Below are positions 31,045 to 39,946 of a stretch of 64,000 bases of DNA, in pieces. Source of the stretch: an uncultured bacterium (GTDB lineage: Bacteria > Patescibacteriota > Minisyncoccia > UBA6257 > 2-01-FULL-56-20); assembly GCA_963718515.1 (NCBI GenBank), contig OY970354.1:502808-566807 (forward strand). The letters run 5' to 3'. The translations under genes and the position numbers were made by a program. The notes below the pieces were generated by a model. It was not told the DNA's origin and searched no databases. It was given only the letters and a program-made list of their open reading frames with translations. The first letter of the stretch is position 1, and every line of letters starts with the position of its first letter.

Positions 31045-31724
31045 TGACCCCTATGGATAGCCATCCCTATCACCATTATTTATTTTTTAATCTAGGCAAC
31101 GAGTTCTATCAATTGCCAAAAGGGGAACAAGATCAGCTGAAAATGGAATTTTTGGCATTCCTTTCCGCCGTTGATCACCTCATCATCGTTTCCTATGCGA
31201 CGCTCGGTTTGAAAGCGAAAACAACGTTTATGCTATGGTGTCGGGCGAAAGATCCGGGAGAGATATCCATAATGCTCGGCCATCTGTTCCGTACGAAACT
31301 CGGCCGCTACCTCAGCGTCGAATACACATTTTTTGGTATCGTACGTAATTCCGAATATAGCGGGCGAACCGGGAAGCCGGAACAAGTGATGCAAAATTAT
31401 CCGGACCGGCTTCCGTATTTTATCCTCTATCCATTCACGAAAACTTCGGAGTGGCACCTGCTTGATCGCGAGAATCGTTCCGCCATTATGGGACAGCATA
31501 TAAAAGTCGGCCTGGGCCATCCGGAAATCAGACAATGCCTTTTATACTCATACGGCGTTGATGATTACGAATTCATCGTGTCGTATGAGACAAAGACGCT
31601 GGAAGAGTTTCAGGACCTTGTGATCGAGATGCGAAGGACCGTCGGACGCAAATATACGCTCGTCGACACCCCGACATTCACGTGCATCTATAAACCATTG
31701 GCGGAGCTTATAGGATCCCTGTGA
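31044..31724 (+). CDS. hemQ: chlorite dismutase family protein, probable coproheme decarboxylase (HemQ/ChdC)
   Basis: 226 aa. Motifs YFILYPFTKTSEWHLLDRENRSAIMGQHIKVG and YSYGVDDYEFIVSYET are typical of the Cld/HemQ family. Confidence 0.75.
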   Translation: MTPMDSHPYHHYLFFNLGNEFYQLPKGEQDQLKMEFLAFLSAVDHLIIVSYATLGLKAKTTFMLWCRAKDPGEISIMLGHLFRTKLGRYLSVEYTFFGIVRNSEYSGRTGKPEQVMQNYPDRLPYFILYPFTKTSEWHLLDRENRSAIMGQHIKVGLGHPEIRQCLLYSYGVDDYEFIVSYETKTLEEFQDLVIEMRRTVGRKYTLVDTPTFTCIYKPLAELIGSL

Positions 31725-32737
31725 CGATGTTCAATGACAGCTTTTTGCGCGCATGCCGGAGAGAACCAACCGAGCGCGTTCCGGTATGGTTCATGCGGCA
31801 GGCGGGCAGATCCCTCCCCGGCTATCGTGCGATCCGCCAGGAATACGACGTCCTTACCATTGCGCGGACGCCCGAACTTGCGGCGCGGGTGAGCATGGAA
31901 CCGGTGGGACTCCTCGGCGTTGATGCCGCCATTTTATTTGCCGATATCATGCTGCTACCGCTCGCCATGGGCGTCGATCTGCGGATCGTGGAAGCGGTCG
32001 GCCCGGTCATCGAAAGACCGATCGCGAGCGCCCAAGACATAAAAACACTTCTGCCATTCGATCCTGCACGCGCTGATTATCTGCAAAAAACAATAAAAAT
32101 TCTTCGCACGGAACTGCAGATCCCTGTTATAGGATTTTCCGGCGCGCCATTTACGCTTGCGAGCTATCTTATTGAAGGAAAGCCGACGAGGCAATGGATA
32201 AAAACGAAGCGCTTTATGATGGAAGAGTCTGAAGCATGGAATGAACTCATGAAAAAACTTTCCGACGCGATCATTGGATATCTTTCGTTGCAGATCGATG
32301 CGGGCGTTCAGGCAATACAACTTTTCGATAGTTGGGTGGGATGTCTCAGCCCCGCCGATTACCGGACGTACGTACTGCCTCATGTGCAATATATTTTTTC
32401 TGCGCTCAAACAAAAAAATATTCCGCGCATCCACTTTGGTACCGACACCGGCGGTATGCTCGCGGACTTTTCAAATGTTGATTGTGAGGTGATCGGGCTC
32501 GACTGGCGAATAGATCTTGGATACGCAAAGACGATGATCGGCGCCAAAGCATTGCAAGGGAATTTGGATCCCGTAGCCCTCCTCGGAAACGAATCCGTCA
32601 TACGGAAGAATGTCGACCGTATCTTTGCATCGCTACCCTCGCGGCAGGGGTTTATATTCAATCTCGGGCATGGCGTTTTGCCCGAAACGGACGACAAAAA
32701 AATAAAATATTTAGTGGATTATATCCATGGAAAATAA
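31721..32737 (+). CDS. hemE: uroporphyrinogen decarboxylase
   Basis: Has the UROD signature VPVWFMRQAGRSLPGY, plus FDSWVG and GNLDP. A GTG at 31721 or the ATG at 31727 is the start. Confidence 0.9.
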   Translation: MTMFNDSFLRACRREPTERVPVWFMRQAGRSLPGYRAIRQEYDVLTIARTPELAARVSMEPVGLLGVDAAILFADIMLLPLAMGVDLRIVEAVGPVIERPIASAQDIKTLLPFDPARADYLQKTIKILRTELQIPVIGFSGAPFTLASYLIEGKPTRQWIKTKRFMMEESEAWNELMKKLSDAIIGYLSLQIDAGVQAIQLFDSWVGCLSPADYRTYVLPHVQYIFSALKQKNIPRIHFGTDTGGMLADFSNVDCEVIGLDWRIDLGYAKTMIGAKALQGNLDPVALLGNESVIRKNVDRIFASLPSRQGFIFNLGHGVLPETDDKKIKYLVDYIHGK

Positions 32738-33671
32738 CCCCGACGAACGCACGACCGGTGTTGTCCTCATGACCTACGGCTCGGCGACGACCGCCGAACA
32801 CGTCCCCGAATATTTTGAACATATCTATCATGGCAAAGCTTCCGCTGACTTGATCAGAGATTTTGAGGAGCGCTACCGATTGGTCGGGCATTCGCCACTG
32901 ACGGAGATAACCCAAAAACAAGCACATTTATTGGAGGATATGCTCGGTCAAAAAGGGAAGGGGCGTTATATCGTCCGCGTGGGAATGCTTCACTCAAAGC
33001 CATTCATCGAGGAGGCTGTTCGGGATTGCAAAAATGCCGGCGCAGAGCGCTGTATCGGCATCATTCTCTCGCCACAGTTCTCATCGTTTATCATGGAAGC
33101 GTACCGCTCCCGGTTTACCCTCGCCGCCCGCGAGTGCGGCTTTCGGGAAGAGGATATTTTTGTGGTTAAGCCGTGGCCAACGGAACCGAACTTTATACGA
33201 TTGCTCGGCGATCATATCCGGGCATCACTCAAAGAGCTGGAGCGCGCTCATCAGGGAAAAGTTCCCGTAATATTCACCACTCACAGCCTGCCCAAACGCG
33301 TGGTTGAAAAAGATCCGGGCTATCTCGACCAATTGCGATCGACCATAGACGCCACTGTCGAATATATCGCGGATCCCACGCTCGAATGGTATGCCGGATA
33401 TCAAAGCGCAGGGCACACTTCCGAAGAATGGCTGAAGCCGGACCTTGCGGATATTCTTGCTGACCTTCAGAAAGATGGAAAAACAACGGTCCTTATCGCG
33501 CCGATACAATTTTTGGCCGACCATCTGGAGATTCTATACGATCTTGATATAGCGGCGAAAAAACAATGTGAAGACCTCGGGATCGCCTATCACCGCATTC
33601 TATTGCCAAATATCGACCCATTATTCATTAAAAGCCTTGCGTCGCTGGTCGAAAATGCATATGACCATTGA
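32727..33671 (+). CDS. hemH: ferrochelatase / coproporphyrin ferrochelatase
   Basis: 314 aa. GVVLMTYGS, IFTTHSLP and QFLADHLEILYDLD match the ferrochelatase family. Confidence 0.85.
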   Translation: MENNPDERTTGVVLMTYGSATTAEHVPEYFEHIYHGKASADLIRDFEERYRLVGHSPLTEITQKQAHLLEDMLGQKGKGRYIVRVGMLHSKPFIEEAVRDCKNAGAERCIGIILSPQFSSFIMEAYRSRFTLAARECGFREEDIFVVKPWPTEPNFIRLLGDHIRASLKELERAHQGKVPVIFTTHSLPKRVVEKDPGYLDQLRSTIDATVEYIADPTLEWYAGYQSAGHTSEEWLKPDLADILADLQKDGKTTVLIAPIQFLADHLEILYDLDIAAKKQCEDLGIAYHRILLPNIDPLFIKSLASLVENAYDH

Positions 33672-33692
33672 ATAGGGTATAATTAAAAAATC

Positions 33693-34409
33693 ATGAGCAA
33701 TCTTGAATGGAACAAAGTAACGTGGTATTCGAAGCTTCTAGCCCTTATCCTTTTTGTGGCCTTGCCGTTCCTTTTCTTTTATTACGGAACGCAGTATGGA
33801 GAAACGGTTTTTTATATTCAGCAAAACGCGCCGACAAGCACGGCGGTCACCAGTATGGGCTCTGGTTACTATAACGACCCCGCCGAATGGCAAAATGACA
33901 CCAATAACACAAAGGGGGGATTCAGCATTAGCTATCCGACGGATTTTTCCTACGCAGATAATTATCCCGCAACACCTTCCACCGATTGGCGGATAAATTC
34001 CAACAACGAGCCGGGGGTTAAATATTTTACCCTTACCGTACCGCCTTCTTTTGAACCACAGACGAACTTTGCAGATGCGACGCTGACCGTCGGTGCAAGC
34101 GGCAATAACGGCGCGGTGTCGCAATGCATGACGCCCGATCAAAGCGGGGGATCGGTCACCGCGACCTCAAGCGTAACGATCAATGGGATCCCATTCATCG
34201 TCTTTAAATCGAATAGCGCAGGTGCAGGAAGCATCTACGAGACGACGAGCTATCGCATGCTCCATGCTGGGCAATGCTACGCCATCGAATACACGGTACA
34301 CTCGAGCCAAATCGCGAATTGGCCTTCTTCATATAACCTCCAACCATTCAGCGAAAGCCAGATAGATTCATTGATGAACACGATCGTCGGCACATTTAAA
34401 TTCCTTTAA
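33693..34409 (+). CDS. hypothetical secreted protein
   Basis: 238 aa with an N-terminal TM/signal anchor. Its module opens with GGFSISYPTDF, like the protein at 7743..8900. Confidence 0.55.
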   Translation: MSNLEWNKVTWYSKLLALILFVALPFLFFYYGTQYGETVFYIQQNAPTSTAVTSMGSGYYNDPAEWQNDTNNTKGGFSISYPTDFSYADNYPATPSTDWRINSNNEPGVKYFTLTVPPSFEPQTNFADATLTVGASGNNGAVSQCMTPDQSGGSVTATSSVTINGIPFIVFKSNSAGAGSIYETTSYRMLHAGQCYAIEYTVHSSQIANWPSSYNLQPFSESQIDSLMNTIVGTFKFL

Positions 34410-34424
34410 TCATTTTCGTTTGTT

Positions 34425-35114
34425 ATGAAACGGACCAATAAGATCATCGTCATTGTAGTGCTCGTGGTCATCGTCCTGTTTGGCGTCGGGCAGTTTTTCG
34501 CATCATCGAACATCGTCGCACCGGGGGCGAACCAGACCACATCCACCGCAACACAAGTACCGCCCATCCCGGATGCCACGCAGGTCGTCGCGTATGTTCC
34601 TTTGCCGCCAGCGAGCTCCACGCCGACCGAAAGCGGCTCCTGCTGGACGAGTTCCATCGCCGCACCGTTCCGCACTGACGCATGGCGTTGTGCGGTGGGG
34701 AATGGCATTAGCGATCCATGCTTCCAAATCCCGAACAGTAATAATTTGCTGTGCGGCGTGAACCCGACCGAGCCCAATTCGACATCTACGTTCGTATTGA
34801 AGCTTACCCAGGCACTTCCGACGCCCGAGGCCCCGCAAGTAGTGCCACCCTCCGATTGGGCATGGCTCGTGGAGCTTCAGGATGGGACTCTCTGCACACC
34901 ATTCACGGGGACATTGCCGTTCACTGCCGATGGGCAATCCGCCAACTATGGCTGTGCGCCGGGACCGCTCGGCACTAACCTTCTTATTTTTGGCGAGCTG
35001 AATGCATCGAGTAGTGTCTGGACGGCAAATATAGGAACGCTTTCACAAACGACATCAAGCCTGCCAAGTATCGCGACGTCATCCACTGTTCCGGTCATCA
35101 CGGTGTGGCAATAA
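34425..35114 (+). CDS. hypothetical secreted cysteine-containing protein
   Basis: 229 aa with an N-terminal TM anchor and 7 Cys in the ectodomain. It has no CXXCH motif. Confidence 0.55.
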   Translation: MKRTNKIIVIVVLVVIVLFGVGQFFASSNIVAPGANQTTSTATQVPPIPDATQVVAYVPLPPASSTPTESGSCWTSSIAAPFRTDAWRCAVGNGISDPCFQIPNSNNLLCGVNPTEPNSTSTFVLKLTQALPTPEAPQVVPPSDWAWLVELQDGTLCTPFTGTLPFTADGQSANYGCAPGPLGTNLLIFGELNASSSVWTANIGTLSQTTSSLPSIATSSTVPVITVWQ

Positions 35115-35119
35115 AGGCA

Positions 35120-35190
35120 AAATAAAATAGCCAGGGTATTGAGGGACGTTCCTACGTCGGAGCGAAATACCCTGGCTATTTTATTTTTTT
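35120..35190. terminator. bidirectional terminator-like hairpin
   Basis: A perfect 20-bp stem AAATAAAATAGCCAGGGTAT/ATACCCTGGCTATTTTATTT with a 27-nt loop, followed by TTTT. It lies between convergent genes. Confidence 0.6.
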
Positions 35191-35197
35191 AGCTTAA

Positions 35198-36082
35198 CTA
35201 CTGAACGGACGTTGAGGCGGAGGCTGATACAGAAACCGTCCCGGAAGCATTTCCTCCCTGGCCGGCTTTTTCAAAACCCATGAGCGCCTTGATGATGCTT
35301 TGCGCATCGGTTCGCGCGGTCATAAGGTCCTGCTGTGCGGTCTGGATCTTCGAGCGCGCGTCCTTCAGCGCCGCCGTATTGGCCTGCATTTGGGCGGTAA
35401 CGCCGCCATCCGGCACGAGCGACGCCACTTCGGCCGTGGCCGCATTCGCTTGCGTATTTGCATCGGCGATCTTTGCGTTGAAGTCGGCGAGAGTTGCCTG
35501 AACTGTCGTCACATCCGCTCCTGCGGATTGTGCCGTGGTAATGCGTGCCGAGAATGCGGCGGAAAGATTGCCCATCGTGCCGGCCACGTCCAAGACGCGA
35601 TCTGCTGCGGCCTCAATGGCCCCCTGCGGAATGACGAGCGCAAATATCCGGTACGATCCCGTGATGGACTTCACGTCGGAAAGAAGGCTCGTCGTGCTGT
35701 TCGCCGCCGCGTCGGCAGTTATCTGCGTCTGCAAGGTGTTCATCGCGGTAATCTGCGCCTGGATCGTCGCCACGAGGCTGGCTTGATCCGCGCTAGATAT
35801 TTTCTGCATTGCGGTCACACGAGCGCTCAGGGCATTCAGCGCATTGATCCGGCGGGTGATCTCTTCGTTCGCGCGGGTCTGAATATTATTGATGCGCGCG
35901 GTGAGAGCAGCGCTGATCCTTGCGCCGAGACCCACATTTGTGCCGCTGGCCGATATTCCCACGCCTACCCCCGCCGTCACGCCAAGCGTACTCGTCTCTG
36001 CAAATACGGGAACTATCATCACTCCAGCGATAAGCATGCCGGCGACGGTCGCCGCAAAACCAATCTTTAATGTATTTTTCAT
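35198..36082 (-). CDS. hypothetical alanine-rich coiled-coil secreted protein
   Basis: 294 aa with an N-terminal signal/TM, then an A/T/Q-rich heptad-like sequence. The long antisense ORFs here are GC artefacts. Confidence 0.5.
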   Translation of the reverse strand: MKNTLKIGFAATVAGMLIAGVMIVPVFAETSTLGVTAGVGVGISASGTNVGLGARISAALTARINNIQTRANEEITRRINALNALSARVTAMQKISSADQASLVATIQAQITAMNTLQTQITADAAANSTTSLLSDVKSITGSYRIFALVIPQGAIEAAADRVLDVAGTMGNLSAAFSARITTAQSAGADVTTVQATLADFNAKIADANTQANAATAEVASLVPDGGVTAQMQANTAALKDARSKIQTAQQDLMTARTDAQSIIKALMGFEKAGQGGNASGTVSVSASASTSVQ

Positions 36083-36100
36083 GTTTTTATTGGAGGATGA

Positions 36101-36424
36101 TTATTGACCTTGCGGAACGGGCTGATCGTTCAAGCCCGAGTTGATACTTGCGGAATCGGAAGAAAAATTATTCATCTGGGAATTTGCCGCATTCAATTCT
36201 GCATTCATCGCCGCATCGGAATCATTTGATGCGGATGCAGAAGGGGATGTGACAGTTGAACTCGCGGTGGAGGATGCAGTAGGAGCAGGATTGGTCGAAG
36301 TCTGATTATTCATCTGCATTCCTACGGGCATGGCGCTATTTCTGCTGGACATCCACCACCATATGCCACCACCGACGATAACAATGGCCACGGCGGCGAT
36401 GATTACTTTTGTTGTATTAGACAT
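36101..36424 (-). CDS. hypothetical small membrane-anchored S/A/N-rich protein
   Basis: 107 aa with one TM helix and a low-complexity tail. Confidence 0.4.
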   Translation of the reverse strand: MSNTTKVIIAAVAIVIVGGGIWWWMSSRNSAMPVGMQMNNQTSTNPAPTASSTASSTVTSPSASASNDSDAAMNAELNAANSQMNNFSSDSASINSGLNDQPVPQGQ

Positions 36425-36511
36425 ATATTACGTTTATTTTTATGAACGATTATGGTTTATATAAGGCGACCTTTCGGCGGATATATGTTTCCGTATTGCC
36501 ATATTATAATA

Positions 36512-37303
36512 TCATATATACCCCACTTTTTTTAACCATATTTCATTTTCCCATTCCCAAAGCTTTTTTGCCCCAAGAAATCCAGTGAAATCATCGTGCC
36601 AAGAGGGAAATTCCTGCAATTCGATATCCCCATAGAGCTCGGACCACTCGTGTATGCACCCACGCATGACGGAATTCTTCCAATCAGTTTTGATCTTTTC
36701 CCGGCCGCCTTTTAAGCGCCGAATCGCACCACACTTTACGCATTTTTGTATCTGGTCGATCTTTAATATCCAGCGCGTGGACAGTTCTTCGAATTCGTTC
36801 TTGAGCGCATCCATATACGCCGAGGTTTGCAGGCAATAGTCGCGGTAGATTGACTGCGATGTTTTGATATCAAGCACGCCGAGCTTGCCACCGATACGCG
36901 CGATCGCATCGACCGTTCCCGCATAGCGATGGTCGCGGTTCACGATACGTCGCTCCACAAGTTCCGGCGTTACCGCAATATGGTTCTTCTCAAAAAACTC
37001 CCGGAATGAGCGCACCGCGGGCGCAACCGCTTCCGGGATCGGATCCATTTTGCCGAGCAATAGTCCCTCCACCGCCTCATGCAACATCGTGCCCTCCTGC
37101 GCCGACCGTTCGGTCATTTCTTGTGCGGCGCGGTAGCTCTTTGCCTCACCATAATAATAATAGAGCGCGGGTTTGGCCTTGATCGTGACGATCTTTGTGA
37201 CGCGCGGATACCAATCGCCGCCGATCGTATAGCCACACTGGTCTTTGAAATCGTTGACATCTTTAAATTCGTCGAAGAGAGACATATTTCTATTGTGTTT
37301 CAA
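36512..37303 (-). CDS. PD-(D/E)XK nuclease family protein with a C-terminal Cys cluster
   Basis: Contains YAGTVDAIARIGGKLGVLDIKTSQSIYRDYCLQTSAYMDAL (D...D-x-K, Q..Y motifs), then CVKCG...GCIHEW. Confidence 0.6.
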   Translation of the reverse strand: MKHNRNMSLFDEFKDVNDFKDQCGYTIGGDWYPRVTKIVTIKAKPALYYYYGEAKSYRAAQEMTERSAQEGTMLHEAVEGLLLGKMDPIPEAVAPAVRSFREFFEKNHIAVTPELVERRIVNRDHRYAGTVDAIARIGGKLGVLDIKTSQSIYRDYCLQTSAYMDALKNEFEELSTRWILKIDQIQKCVKCGAIRRLKGGREKIKTDWKNSVMRGCIHEWSELYGDIELQEFPSWHDDFTGFLGAKKLWEWENEIWLKKVGYI

Positions 37304-37307
37304 TAAA

Positions 37308-38675
37308 TTATTTCAACAGCTTTTTAGTGAGGTCGGCAATATCGCCGGCACCCATCATAACGACGACCGGGGAGTGGGTAAGTTGTCCCATAAGAGCGGT
37401 TTTTATTTTTCGGAGCTCAGTAAGGTAGAAGATCGGTTTTTGTGGCGATCGTTTTTGTAGCGCACGGACGAGAGCCGCCGAATCGTGCAGGAATTTTTCA
37501 TCACGGCCCAATACTTTGTAGATCGGCAAAATAAATACCTTATCGGCCGCGTCGAATGCTCGGGTAAAATCCTTAAAGAGCAATTCCAACCGCTTTGCCT
37601 GATGAGGCTGGAAGACGCATACAAGCGGCGAATGCGGGAACTTTTCTTTGAATGCGGCAAGGGTCGCCCGTATCTCTGCCGGATGATGGGCATAATCATC
37701 ATAGACAAGCGCCCCGTGAATTTTTCCCTTAAATTCCATCCGCCGCCAGGCGCCGCGATACGAACCGATCGCCGCCAATATCTTTTTTTCAGGAATTTTT
37801 AATACTTTACCAAGCTCGGCAACCGCGAGTGCATTCGAGATATTGTGGCCGCCGGGAATCGGTATGATTCGTTTTATCTTTTTTGCCATCTGCGATGATG
37901 TAGTGCTGTACATCGAATGCCAGATGACCCTCAAATGATTTTTTTTAGCGAGGTGTATGATAGGCGCCTTCAGCGAATATAGTGGCACATCGTCGCGATT
38001 TAATATCAGAGTGCCGCCCGGCCGTGTCCTCGCTAAAAATTGTAGAAATGCGCGCTTTACGTTCGTAAAATTTTTATAAAAATCCATATGCTCGCGGTCG
38101 ATATTCGTCACGATGGAAATGGAAGGGGAGTACTCCAGAAATGCCGCGCCGTAATCATCCGCCTCGAGGACGAGATACGGCCTATGTCCCACGCGAATGT
38201 TTTTCCCCCCAAGATCGACGAGTTTTGTGCCGATCAAAATAGTGGGATCCAATCCACCACGCATGAGCGCAAGTCCCGCGAGCGCCGTGGTCGTACTTTT
38301 GCCGTGCGCGCCGGTGATGGCGATCGTTGTGTAATCTTCCGTGATGCGGCCAAGTGCCCGGGCGTAAGACATCACCACCATGCCCTTATTTTGATGGGCA
38401 GCCCGGAGTTCGGGGTTATTGGAGGGGATGGCCCTGTTATAGATGACGAGCCCTGTGCCAGCAGGTATATTGGCCTTTTTATGCCCAATTTTGACCTCTA
38501 CGCCCTCTTTTATAAGCTCATCCGTCATTGGGCTCTTTGTGGCGTCGGAGCCTGAAACCAGCCACTTTTTACCACCCTTGGATAATGCCAAAAAATAGCG
38601 GGCGAGGCCGCTCATTCCTATCCCACCGATGCCGATAAAGTGGACGCGGACGCATTCTTTTTTATCATCACTCAT
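37308..38675 (-). CDS. murC: UDP-N-acetylmuramate--L-alanine ligase
   Basis: 455 aa. Motifs HFIGIGGIGMSGLA and ITGAHGKSTTTAL, with a Mur ligase C-terminal domain. Confidence 0.9.
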   Translation of the reverse strand: MSDDKKECVRVHFIGIGGIGMSGLARYFLALSKGGKKWLVSGSDATKSPMTDELIKEGVEVKIGHKKANIPAGTGLVIYNRAIPSNNPELRAAHQNKGMVVMSYARALGRITEDYTTIAITGAHGKSTTTALAGLALMRGGLDPTILIGTKLVDLGGKNIRVGHRPYLVLEADDYGAAFLEYSPSISIVTNIDREHMDFYKNFTNVKRAFLQFLARTRPGGTLILNRDDVPLYSLKAPIIHLAKKNHLRVIWHSMYSTTSSQMAKKIKRIIPIPGGHNISNALAVAELGKVLKIPEKKILAAIGSYRGAWRRMEFKGKIHGALVYDDYAHHPAEIRATLAAFKEKFPHSPLVCVFQPHQAKRLELLFKDFTRAFDAADKVFILPIYKVLGRDEKFLHDSAALVRALQKRSPQKPIFYLTELRKIKTALMGQLTHSPVVVMMGAGDIADLTKKLLK

Positions 38676-38710
38676 TGGATACTAGTATACACCCAAAATT
38701 TAATTGTCTT

Positions 38711-39355
38711 TTAATAAATAGTTCCGAGATATTTCAAAGGATCGACATCTTTGCCCTGGGGATACGGACCGCATCCGTGCGCGGGAGCCATGCTGAATCC
38801 TGCGGCCTCAAAAATAGAAAAGTGCAGGTGTGGTCCCGTTTCGTCGCCGCTAGTGCCGATCGTGCCGATAAGATCGCCTTGTTTTACCGTCGTGCCCGAC
38901 TGGACGGCAATTCTATCGAGATGCGCAAATAGAAGCATGAGGTGGTTGGTATTATCTTGTAAGACAATAAATCGTCCGAAAGCGATGTGCGGACAATAAT
39001 TATCCTGGTCTCCCGTCGCGAGGACCGTTGCGGTGGTGGGCGAGTAGACGGGTGCGCCATAGTTGGCGGCGAGATCGATCCCGTTATGCCAATGATCGAT
39101 ATACATATATGAGTACGGCGTGTTTCCATAGCCCTGAGTAATATATTCATCTCCGTCGCCATTCTTTGCGAAGAGCACGTTGAGATTAACGGAGGTCAGA
39201 CTGCCACGGGCCTGATTGACGAGGGGAGGGGTGGCGAGAGCCATGAATGAGAATGCTGAACCGGATGTGAGCGCACGCGCGGCTGTGGCCACAAGGTCAT
39301 AGCCAATAACGATAGCGAAGAAAACTGCGCAGACGATCAAAAGTCGTTTTGTCAT
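38711..39355 (-). CDS. M23 family metallopeptidase
   Basis: Motifs HNGIDLAANYGAPVYSP and GTSGDETGPHLHFSIF, with an N-terminal signal anchor. Confidence 0.85.
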   Translation of the reverse strand: MTKRLLIVCAVFFAIVIGYDLVATAARALTSGSAFSFMALATPPLVNQARGSLTSVNLNVLFAKNGDGDEYITQGYGNTPYSYMYIDHWHNGIDLAANYGAPVYSPTTATVLATGDQDNYCPHIAFGRFIVLQDNTNHLMLLFAHLDRIAVQSGTTVKQGDLIGTIGTSGDETGPHLHFSIFEAAGFSMAPAHGCGPYPQGKDVDPLKYLGTIY

Positions 39356-39481
39356 AGGGTCATTGTGCCTTAATGGAGGCCGCTAGGGAATAGGACTATT
39401 TGAATATCTTATCTGTCGCACAATATACCTTTTACGTCATATATATGGCAAGAATAGCTTCTCCGGCCATTTTGTCTTCCT

Positions 39482-39913
39482 TTAATGGAATAATCCTAGA
39501 AGCCAATTCACTACGTCCTCTGCCAAATGCAGGCACCACAGGATCGCGTTCAGTAAGACAAAAAATATTCCCGACAAGCGCACTCCGGTGAGTCCATAAA
39601 ACCAATTGTCGAATTCCGTTAACCACCCCACCAAAATGTTTTTCAGACCGGATGAAATGTTTAACGACGGTAATGTTGTGCTGGCTGCTGGTAGGCTGAT
39701 GGATACGTTATTACTCCCCTGGAGATCCTCAATGAAGCCGTCGAATGGCGAAAGAAGGTTCTGGAACGAGGTGCTGACGCTATAGTCATTGCCAGGAGTG
39801 TCCGAACCGATCGCATATGCTTCTGCGTGCGGTGCGGATGCAAAAGAAAAAATAAAAATAGCAAATATGCTGATAGCCACCACGGTAAAGGACGTTGAGG
39901 CGTTCCTGTTCAT
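39482..39913 (-). CDS. hypothetical membrane protein
   Basis: 143 aa with N-terminal and C-terminal hydrophobic segments. It is AT-richer than its neighbours. Confidence 0.4.
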   Translation of the reverse strand: MNRNASTSFTVVAISIFAIFIFSFASAPHAEAYAIGSDTPGNDYSVSTSFQNLLSPFDGFIEDLQGSNNVSISLPAASTTLPSLNISSGLKNILVGWLTEFDNWFYGLTGVRLSGIFFVLLNAILWCLHLAEDVVNWLLGLFH

Positions 39914-39946
39914 CGCTCTATGATTATTATTCTAGCACAACTCTCG

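Noticed and set aside
35300-36070. A 256-aa plus-strand ORF rich in Arg/Gly/His.
   Set aside because: It is antisense to the alanine-rich coiled-coil gene. GCN-rich coding strands generate long stop-free antisense frames.
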